Assembly (NCBI GenBank): GCA_021776175.1
Contig: JAJFGJ010000017.1
Span: forward strand, 38,273 to 102,272
Source of the DNA: Kiloniellaceae bacterium
GTDB lineage: Bacteria; Pseudomonadota; Alphaproteobacteria; Kiloniellales; J153
Direction: 5' to 3'
Length of the DNA: 64,000 nt
Shown: piece after piece, positions 57,140 to 64,000 of the stretch
Layout of the letters: the number at the start of each line of letters is the position of its first letter
How positions within the stretch are numbered: position 1 is the first letter of the stretch
Program-made: the position numbers and the translations under genes
The notes under the pieces: model-generated
Database searches by the model: none
Seen by the model: the letters and a program-made list of their open reading frames with translations, nothing else
What the model was told of the DNA's origin: nothing

Positions 57140-57673
57140 ATGGCCAAGTTGTCCGAGATCGCCGATTTGAAGCGGCGCGTGCGTGGCCGCATGGCGCCGG
57201 CATGGGACCCTGGCCGCGCGGCGCGTATCGGCGGCGTCGAGGATCTGCGGGCCTTCCTGCTCGGCCCTTGGCGCCTGGCCCGGTCGATCGATGACCGCCG
57301 GGGCGGGCAAACGGGGAGCTTTCGCGGCCGCGCCGTCTTCGCCGCCGAGGGCGATAGTCTTCATTATGGCGAGACGGGGCGCCTGCGGCTGGGTGTCCAC
57401 ACGGGCCCGGCGCGGCGCGATTACCGCTACGTCTTCCCGCGTCCTGAACTGGCGGAGGTATGCTTTCCCGGCGGCCGGCCGTTTCACGATCTCGACTTGA
57501 GCCGGGGGTATTGGGAGGCCGTGCATTTGTGCGGCGAAGATGTTTATCGCGGGACATTTCGAGCCGTTACCCGCGATCTCCTGGTCGTGTCCTGGGATGT
57601 GACCGGCCCGCGCAAGGATTACACCATGGCCGGCCGTTACCGGCGCTCCTTGGCACCGGGCCGCTCCAGGTAA
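57140..57673 (+). CDS. Hypothetical protein (DUF6314-like)
   Basis: GPWRLARSIDD, GRPFHDLDL, HLCGEDVY, WDVTGPRKDY. Confidence 0.7.
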   Translation: MAKLSEIADLKRRVRGRMAPAWDPGRAARIGGVEDLRAFLLGPWRLARSIDDRRGGQTGSFRGRAVFAAEGDSLHYGETGRLRLGVHTGPARRDYRYVFPRPELAEVCFPGGRPFHDLDLSRGYWEAVHLCGEDVYRGTFRAVTRDLLVVSWDVTGPRKDYTMAGRYRRSLAPGRSR

Positions 57674-57756
57674 TTTCGTTGCAGGCTTGGCGGGCTTGCC
57701 GTATGCAAAAGAGGCCGTGATTTTGGCGGCGCTCGTTCGAATCTGGGAGCTTGGGA

Positions 57757-58383
57757 ATGTCAGTCATATCCGTTCGTCAGGGAACCCTTGCCACCGCGCT
57801 TTGGCCCGCCATCCACGGCGATTCCTTCGTTCAGCGCGCGATGCGCGCCACGCTGCTGGCCTTGATCGGCTCCGCTCTGCTTACCGTCTCGGCGAAAATC
57901 CAGGTGCCGTTCTATCCGGTGCCCATGACCATGCAAACCTTCATGGTGCTGACCCTGGGCATGGCCTTTGGCTGGCGTTTGGGGGCCGCGACGGTTCTGT
58001 TGTACCTGGCGGAAGGGGCCATGGGTCTGCCGGTGTTTTCCGGGACCCCGGAAAAGGGCATCGGCCTGGCCTATATGATGGGCGGCACCGGCGGGTATTT
58101 GGCCGGTTTTGTTCTGGCGAGCGCCCTTTGCGGGTTGCTGGCCGAGCACGGCTGGGACCGCTACGCCGTGACCACCGCGCTGGCCATGGTGTTGGGAAAT
58201 ATCGTGATCTATGTGCCGGGTCTTTTATGGCTGGGCAGTTTGTTCGGTTGGGATCAGCCGATCCTGGCCTGGGGCTTGACGCCCTTCGTGGCCGGCGATC
58301 TGGCGAAGCTGGCCCTGGCCGCCATCGCCATGCCCCTGGTCTGGCGTCTCGTAAGCAGCTTTACCGGCCCCCGGAATCGCTAG
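57757..58383 (+). CDS. bioY: Biotin transporter BioY
   Basis: PVPMTMQT, YLAEGAMGLPVF, GGTGGYLAGF, PFVAGDLAK. Confidence 0.93.
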   Translation: MSVISVRQGTLATALWPAIHGDSFVQRAMRATLLALIGSALLTVSAKIQVPFYPVPMTMQTFMVLTLGMAFGWRLGAATVLLYLAEGAMGLPVFSGTPEKGIGLAYMMGGTGGYLAGFVLASALCGLLAEHGWDRYAVTTALAMVLGNIVIYVPGLLWLGSLFGWDQPILAWGLTPFVAGDLAKLALAAIAMPLVWRLVSSFTGPRNR

Positions 58384-58453
58384 GGGTTTATAAAATAAAA
58401 GAACGGTGCGCCGTAAGCATCTGTATCCAAAGGAGATCAAGCATCCTGGCGGC

Positions 58454-59230
58454 CTACTGCCCGGCGGAAGCCTCCACGGTCCGCCAGCCCTGCGTGCCGA
58501 GCGCCTCCAGGGGGCGGAAGCGCAGCTTGTAGGCCATTTTCGGCGATTGCTCGATCAAGTATCCAAGGTAGGCGTAGGGAAGACCCCGGCGCCGGGCCTC
58601 CTCGACCAGCCATAGGATCATGAAGGTGCCCAGGCTTTGCCCGCTGAGCGCGGGGTCGAAGAAGCTGTACACGGCGGAGGGACCGTCATCCAACCAGTCG
58701 ATGAGGCATACCGCGGCCAAGGATCCATCGCGCGCGCGGAATTCGGTCATGCGGGTGTCGACACGGCTGTGATGGATCATGCTTTTGTAGTCGGACAGGG
58801 ACATGCCCGCCATCTCGCCGTCGCCGTGCCGCGAGTCGATATACCTGGCGAACACGCGGAATTGTTCCGTGGTCGCGCGGGCTGGGACCTCGATTGCCTC
58901 AAGCGCCGCGTTGGCGCGCCAAACCCGCTTTTGCGAACGGCTTAAGGTGAAGCCGTGGGCGGGGATGCGGACCGGCAAGCACGCCCGGCAGTCCGAGCAG
59001 GCCGGACGGTAGGCGAAATGATGACTGCGCCGGAACCCGGCGCGCGATAAGGCGCTATAGGACCCGGTCGGGTCGCCGCGCGCGATTTCGGTGATTAGCT
59101 TTTTTTCGCGTTGGCCGGGAACATAGGGGCAGGGCGTGTCCGTCAGGACAAAGAACATCTGCCGCGGCAGGCCAAGGCCCTGCGCGCCATTTCGTTGATC
59201 GAGTCCGATCGGCTTTCGTCCCTGTCTCAT
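58454..59230 (-). CDS. bpt: Aspartate/glutamate leucyltransferase (bacterial ATE1-like Bpt; start uncertain)
   Basis: PCPYVPG, GFRRSH, YRPAC..C, RHGDGEM, SAVYSFFDP, SLGT, YLGY, KMAYK. Confidence 0.9.
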   Translation of the reverse strand: MRQGRKPIGLDQRNGAQGLGLPRQMFFVLTDTPCPYVPGQREKKLITEIARGDPTGSYSALSRAGFRRSHHFAYRPACSDCRACLPVRIPAHGFTLSRSQKRVWRANAALEAIEVPARATTEQFRVFARYIDSRHGDGEMAGMSLSDYKSMIHHSRVDTRMTEFRARDGSLAAVCLIDWLDDGPSAVYSFFDPALSGQSLGTFMILWLVEEARRRGLPYAYLGYLIEQSPKMAYKLRFRPLEALGTQGWRTVEASAGQ

Positions 59231-59332
59231 TCCGCGGCTTAGTTTGTTGTTGGTTCGCCAGTGCCGCTAGGCGGAACCATTATCGCAGGCAAGGGGGGGT
59301 GCTTGCCAGTAATGTTTTGTTAACCGTTATGC

Positions 59333-59854
59333 CTAACGGACGGATGCCGTCCCTAGTATGGCGGTGCGCCGCAGGGCCAGGGTCGCGGCCAGGATGTCGT
59401 GCAGGGTGCGGCGGCGGTCGTTGAAAAGGCTGACTGCCAGGACTAATCCGCCGGTCAGGGGGACGGTGGTGTAGAACAGGGCCGTTTGCAGGAACGCCTG
59501 GGCGTAATCGAGCCGCTTGCCGGTCCAGTCGTGAAGCTGGACATCGAACAAGGCCATGCCCGGTGTGGCACCTCTACTGCCGATAAAATAAGTATGATAG
59601 GCCACCGGCAGGATCGCCAGGGCGAGCGCGCCAAGCGGCCATAGCAAGCCCAGGGTCAACACCCCGGCCAGCCAGAAAGCGACGGCCAGGGCCGCGTTCA
59701 GGGTCGAAACAAGCACTACGTCGATCAGAAACCCCAGGCTTCGGCGCCATAGCAAGCCATCGAAGCAACCGGGCGCCGAGAGCGGGTCCGGCGGTGCCTT
59801 GTCCCAAGCGGAATCGCCCAATGAAAGGCTCGGTAAATTCGTTGGCGAATCCAA
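59333..59854 (-). CDS. RDD family membrane protein
   Basis: WRRSLGFLID, ATPGM, RRTLHDILAAT. Confidence 0.88.
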   Translation of the reverse strand: MDSPTNLPSLSLGDSAWDKAPPDPLSAPGCFDGLLWRRSLGFLIDVVLVSTLNAALAVAFWLAGVLTLGLLWPLGALALAILPVAYHTYFIGSRGATPGMALFDVQLHDWTGKRLDYAQAFLQTALFYTTVPLTGGLVLAVSLFNDRRRTLHDILAATLALRRTAILGTASVR

Positions 59855-59941
59855 GTGGCGCTGCCTCCCTGGGGCTATGTGCCTGGATTTTCAGATGGGG
59901 ACCGGTGGCTTGCCCGTCAAGGCGGGCGGCGGGGGCGCCAG

Positions 59942-60916
59942 CTATTCGGCTGGCTTGACGGCGGTTTGCGGCCGCTGGCCTGTCTCGCGGAGCAGGATCA
60001 CCGAAACGCGGCGATTGCGCGGCGCGTAGGGGGTGGATTCGTCCAGGTGCTCTTGATCCGCGAGCCCGGCCACGGATGAAATCCTCTCCGGCCGCAGGCC
60101 GGATTCGATCAAGACCCGGCGGCTGGCATTGGCGCGGTCGCTCGATAGCTCCCAATTCGAGTACCCGCTTTTGGTCGAGAAGGGGGTCGAGTCGGTGTGC
60201 CCCTTGATCGCGATTTGTTGCGGCAGTTGCGAAATGGCGTCGACAATCAAGGACAGGATCTCGCGCGTGTGGTCGAACATCTTGGAGCTGCCTGACGGGA
60301 ACATGGACTTGCCGTCCTCGTCGACAATTTGGATGCGAAGGCCTTCCTCGGTCTGGTCGATTAGCAGGTTACTGGATAGCCCCTGCAAGTCGGGGACATC
60401 GTTCATCGCTTCGCGCAGGGCCTGTTCCACTTGGGCGAACTGCTCTTCCTCCCGCTTGGCGAGGAATTCCTCGAGCTGTTCGGTTTCGAGAACCTTATTG
60501 GCTTGCTCGGGCGTCAGCGACTCGCCCGGACCGGTCTCCGCCGTATCTGTATTTTCCTCCGGATCGATGATCTCATCCACATCCGGCGGGTTGGTCGGTA
60601 ATTTGATCATGACGCCGACCGGGGCCTGGTCGCTGGGATTGGCTCCTTTCTTGGTGAAGGTCCGGCCGCCCATGATGCCGCCGCTGCCGCTGGTGGCGCG
60701 GGAAACGCTGGCGGGCGCGAAGTAGTCGGCGATCCCCAATTTTTGCTCTTCGGTTGTCGCCTGCAGGAGCCAAAGCAAAAGAAAGAACGCCATCATGGCG
60801 GTGACGAAGTCGGCATAGGCGACCTTCCAGGCGCCGCCATGGTGCCCGTGGCCGCCCTTCTTCACTTTCTTGATGATTAATGTGGGTGCGTTGCCCTCTT
60901 CGGGCTTATCGGCCAT
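59942..60916 (-). CDS. motB: Flagellar motor stator protein MotB
   Basis: HGGAWKVAYADFVTAMMAFFLLLWL; OmpA-like GHTD..NWELSSDRA..NRRV. Confidence 0.96.
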   Translation of the reverse strand: MADKPEEGNAPTLIIKKVKKGGHGHHGGAWKVAYADFVTAMMAFFLLLWLLQATTEEQKLGIADYFAPASVSRATSGSGGIMGGRTFTKKGANPSDQAPVGVMIKLPTNPPDVDEIIDPEENTDTAETGPGESLTPEQANKVLETEQLEEFLAKREEEQFAQVEQALREAMNDVPDLQGLSSNLLIDQTEEGLRIQIVDEDGKSMFPSGSSKMFDHTREILSLIVDAISQLPQQIAIKGHTDSTPFSTKSGYSNWELSSDRANASRRVLIESGLRPERISSVAGLADQEHLDESTPYAPRNRRVSVILLRETGQRPQTAVKPAE

Positions 60917-60937
60917 GACGTGAACTCTGCCTTTCCG

Positions 60938-61801
60938 CTACGCTGGCGCCGGCATGTTTTCGAAAGCTTCCTCCAGTTCGTAGAAGCTGGGACGAATGTC
61001 GGTCGATAACGTCTTGCGGGCGAATTCGACCGCGATCGCCGGAGGGTGGCCCGCGACATGGGCCAGGATGCCGGCCTTGATGCAAACATAGAATCGGCTG
61101 TCGGCGGAGATGATATTGCCCAGTGCCGCGGCCAGGGGGCCAACGAATCCGTAGGACAAAAGAATACCGGCGAAGGTGCCGACCAGGGCGGCGCCGATCA
61201 GGTGGCCTAGGACCTCCGGCGGCTCGGTGATCGAGCCCATGGTGTGAATCACGCCAAGAACCGCGGCGACGATGCCCAGCGCCGGCATGCCGTCGGACAT
61301 GCTGGTCAAGGCGGTGGCGACGGCGTGCTCCTCCTCGTGGTGGCTCTCGAGATCCATGTCCATGAGCGCTTCCAACTCGTGCGGATTGTCCGAACCCATG
61401 GTCAAGAGGCGCAGGTAGTCACAGATGAAAAGCATGGCGTGGTGATCGTCCTGGACCGCTGGAAATTGCGCGAAGATGTCGCTTTCCTCCGGCTTCTCGA
61501 CGTGGGCTTCCAGTGCCAGATTGCCCTTGGCGCGGGCCAATTTGAAGATCAGGTAGAGGGCGCTCAGCAGCTCGACATAGCCGTCGCGGGCGTGCTTGGG
61601 CCCTTTCATCATGCGCCCGAAGCTCTTGCCGGTCCCGGATATGATCGTCTTGGTATTGCCGGTGACGAAGGCGCCAATGGCGGCGCCGAAGATGATCATG
61701 AACTCGAACGGCTGAAACAGGACGGCCAGGTGGCCGCCGGGGATCGCGTAGCCGCCGACGACAGAGGCGATAACGACTACAATACCGATGATTATGAGCA
61801 T
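60938..61801 (-). CDS. motA: Flagellar motor stator protein MotA
   Basis: Start MLIIIG (61801); LFQPFE, PALGIVAAVLG, GAALVGTF.G, AVEFARK, RPSF.ELE. Confidence 0.96.
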   Translation of the reverse strand: MLIIIGIVVVIASVVGGYAIPGGHLAVLFQPFEFMIIFGAAIGAFVTGNTKTIISGTGKSFGRMMKGPKHARDGYVELLSALYLIFKLARAKGNLALEAHVEKPEESDIFAQFPAVQDDHHAMLFICDYLRLLTMGSDNPHELEALMDMDLESHHEEEHAVATALTSMSDGMPALGIVAAVLGVIHTMGSITEPPEVLGHLIGAALVGTFAGILLSYGFVGPLAAALGNIISADSRFYVCIKAGILAHVAGHPPAIAVEFARKTLSTDIRPSFYELEEAFENMPAPA

Positions 61802-61858
61802 CCCGAGACCCTGTCCGCACGATTTGAGGTGAATGATCCCCATTGTCGCCAGAGTCGG

Positions 61859-61874
61859 TTAAAAAGAATTTAAC
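61859..61874. promoter_or_regulatory. CtrA box upstream of motAB
   Basis: TTAA-AAAGAAT-TTAAC, about 58 nt before motA; GANTC at 61852-56. Confidence 0.75.
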
Positions 61875-61920
61875 TCTATGATTTCAAATAGATAATTGGA
61901 TAAGCCCGGCAGGAGTCCGG

Positions 61921-63093
61921 TTACCGCAGGGCCTGCTCGAGGTCGGCGATCAAATCGGCCTTGTCCTCGACCCCGACCGACAGGCGCACCAGGCCGTCTC
62001 CAATCCCGATTTCAGCCCTGATTTCCACTGGAATCGAGGCGTGAGTCATGATCGCCGGGTGCTCGATCAGGCTCTCGACCCCGCCCAGGCTCTCGGCCAG
62101 GGCAAAGATTTCGACCCGCTCCAGGAACCGCTTGGCGCTGTCGAGCCCGCCCTTGAGCACGGCGGTCACCATGCCGCCGAAGGCACCCATCTGGCGCCGG
62201 GCGAGGGCGTGCTGGGGGTGGCTGGCCAGGCCGGGGTAGTAGACCCGCTCCACGCCGGGATGGCCTTCCAGATATTCCGCCGCCGCCTGGGCGTTGGTGC
62301 AATGGCGTTCCATCCTCAAGGCCAGGGTCTTGAGGCCGCGCAGGGCCAGGAAGCTGTCGAAGGGACCCTGGACCCCGCCGACCGCGTTCTGCAGATAGGC
62401 CATGCGCTCGGCCAGGTCCGAGTCCGCGCCGACCGCCAAGATGCCGCCGACCATGTCGGAGTGGCCATTCAGGTACTTGGTGGCCGAGTGCATGACCATG
62501 TCGAAACCCATCTCGATGGGGCGCTGAACCCAGGGGCTGGCGAAGGTGTTGTCGGCCACGCATAGGATGCCCCGCTTGCGCGCGAAGGCCGCGACCGCCT
62601 CCAAATCGACCAGGGTCAGCAGGGGGTTGGTCGGGGTTTCGACCCAGATCATCTTGGTTTCCGGCCGCACCGCCGCTTCCAGGGCGTTCATATCGGTCAA
62701 ATCGGCGAAGCTGAAGCTCAGCCCGGCGGAGCGTTTGCGCACGTTCTCGAACAGGCGGTAGGTGCCGCCGTAGAGGTCGTTCATGGCGACCACGTGGTCG
62801 CCGGTGTCGAGCAGTTCCAAGGCGGTCGAGGTCGCGGCCATGCCCGAGGCGAAGGCGAAACCCGCCGTGCCGCCTTCCAGATCGGCGATGCAGCGCTCGT
62901 AGGCCATGCGGGTCGGGTTCTGGCTGCGGCTGTATTCGTAGCCCTTATGAACCCCCGGAGACTCCTGGACGTAGGTCGAGGTGGCATAGATCGGCGGCAT
63001 GATCGCCCCGGTGGAAGGGTCGGGCGCCTGCCCGGCATGAATGGCGCGGGTGGCGAAATGCGGGCGGTTGGGGCGGCTATTCCGGTCGGTCAT
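61921..63093 (-). CDS. Cystathionine gamma-lyase/gamma-synthase (Cys/Met metabolism PLP enzyme)
   Basis: YSRSQNPTR, FASGMAA, LYGGT, ETPTNP, DNTF, HSATKYLNGHSD, AESLGGVESL, RLSVGVE. Confidence 0.93.
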   Translation of the reverse strand: MTDRNSRPNRPHFATRAIHAGQAPDPSTGAIMPPIYATSTYVQESPGVHKGYEYSRSQNPTRMAYERCIADLEGGTAGFAFASGMAATSTALELLDTGDHVVAMNDLYGGTYRLFENVRKRSAGLSFSFADLTDMNALEAAVRPETKMIWVETPTNPLLTLVDLEAVAAFARKRGILCVADNTFASPWVQRPIEMGFDMVMHSATKYLNGHSDMVGGILAVGADSDLAERMAYLQNAVGGVQGPFDSFLALRGLKTLALRMERHCTNAQAAAEYLEGHPGVERVYYPGLASHPQHALARRQMGAFGGMVTAVLKGGLDSAKRFLERVEIFALAESLGGVESLIEHPAIMTHASIPVEIRAEIGIGDGLVRLSVGVEDKADLIADLEQALR

Positions 63094-63170
63094 GCGATCC
63101 TCGCGTTTTGATAGCTTCAACATGTGGCCCTTGGCCCAGGATTGTCAAAGGGGGAGGGGGCCCAAAACAT

Positions 63171-63282
63171 TTCCCTGTTATTCCCTGCCGAGCAGGGAAT
63201 TAAAATACCCCGCCAGGGCCGCCGGCATCCTTCCCTGTTTTTTTCTGTTCGGCAGGGATTTGCTGCGAGCGCGAATAGGAAA
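63171..63282. repeat. Array of TTCCCTG / CAGGGAA heptamers in two similar units
   Basis: TTCCCTGTTA-TTCCCTG-CCGAG-CAGGGAATT (from 63171) and TTCCCTGTTT-TTTTCTG-TTCGG-CAGGGATTT (from 63231). Confidence 0.65.
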
Positions 63283-63485
63283 ATTCACGGGGGTGGTGCA
63301 TGGGGTCTTGAATGCGGTTACGGGCCTTGCTCCAGGGTGGGCTGTCTTTCCCGGCAGAACTTAGCCCCCGCTCGGCCTCGTGCAATGCAAAGGCTGTGGA
63401 GATCGGAAAGAAATGCCATTTGTGAACTATCGGTATCTTAGTGGGACTTGATACACTGATGTTCGGTTAGCTTGAGGATCGCGAC

Positions 63486-64000
63486 ATGACAAACAGAGAT
63501 CTCATCATTGCCGAGCTTCGCAATCGTGCGAACCTTGATGGCGACGAATTAGCAAAGCGCATCGGTAAAGCACGGCAAACCGTGAACCAAGAGTGCAACC
63601 TACTTTCACGACGTGGCGAAATAGTTCGCAAACCAGGCGGGCTGAGGGGAAAACTGGTGAACCGCCTTATTGATCCAGATGTGACATCAGTATCGTCACC
63701 ACGGACGGATCAGTTTCGCTCGATACCGTCGCAACGCTCAAAGAAGATGAGCACCGTCCCATCAGGCGCATCGGTTGATATGGAAATTGAAGGCTATGCG
63801 TTCGAACGGGTGCTAGGAATCAAGCCGCTACGCAGTTTCGATGGAACGATTCAGTCCGTCATGCCGCAGACTCGCTACCGCAATAAAGACAATCTTAGTC
63901 TCCACAATTACGGTCAGGGACCATTCTGTAAGTTCAAAGTACCAGCCGCTCTTCAACAAGCGGGTGTCTATGCGATCAGTGTCGATGGCTGTGTTAAGTA
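63486..64000 (+). CDS. Winged-HTH plus probable GIY-YIG nuclease-domain protein, 3'-truncated (absent from the ORF track)
   Basis: RBS GAGGA; 171 open codons, MTNRDLIIAELRNRANLDGDELAKRIGKARQTVNQECNLLSRRGEIVR...HNYGQGPFCKFKVP..AGVYAISVDGCVK(Y). Two sampled 60-nt lines were 47-50% GC. Confidence 0.7.
   Translation, partial: MTNRDLIIAELRNRANLDGDELAKRIGKARQTVNQECNLLSRRGEIVRKPGGLRGKLVNRLIDPDVTSVSSPRTDQFRSIPSQRSKKMSTVPSGASVDMEIEGYAFERVLGIKPLRSFDGTIQSVMPQTRYRNKDNLSLHNYGQGPFCKFKVPAALQQAGVYAISVDGCVK

Noticed and set aside
63124-63441. 105-aa ORF, or a tRNA/att remnant at the island boundary
   Set aside because: The ORF merely translates the TTCCCTG array. I found no cloverleaf or T-loop (GGTTCGAATCC-like) sequence.

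Overview
A high-GC alphaproteobacterial chromosome segment (Rhodospirillales-like gene content; my inference). From 1 to 19.1 kb is conserved core: thiE, an M23 peptidase-bactofilin pair, slt, dapA-smpB, udg-NYN, folK, and rpoZ-spoT-DUF2062-pdxJ-acpS-lepB-rnc-era-recO. From 19.1 to 54.3 kb is a nutrient-scavenging block: Phe/Tyr catabolism (hppD-phhA-hmgA-FAH), a 2-aminoethylphosphonate cluster (ABC transporter, LysR, phnW, pbfA, but no C-P cleaving enzyme), TRAP dctPQM, zur-znuCB/znuA, an MFS transporter, a split peptide ABC transporter, GST, AsmA and a DadA-like oxidoreductase. From 54.3 to 63.1 kb lie parC, bioY, arginyltransferase-RDD, motBA and a cystathionine gamma-lyase/synthase. The last 0.9 kb looks like the edge of a lower-GC island with a TTCCCTG repeat array and an HTH/GIY-YIG-like ORF that the ORF track misses. 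The strongest unexplained signals are four. (1) A 720-bp intergenic region at 19.9-20.6 kb holds a complete orphan sRNA unit (promoter, three hairpins, anti-SD motif, terminator), three 17-bp palindromic operators and a LexA box. (2) A His-rich, internally repeated lipoprotein gene is inserted into the peptide ABC operon beside a decayed duplicate of the binding-protein 3' end. (3) The AEP permease carries an approximately 108-residue extracytoplasmic insert. (4) Perfect CtrA boxes sit upstream of parC and motA. No rRNA, tRNA, CRISPR array or transposase was seen. All calls come from reading the sequence; no database search was run.
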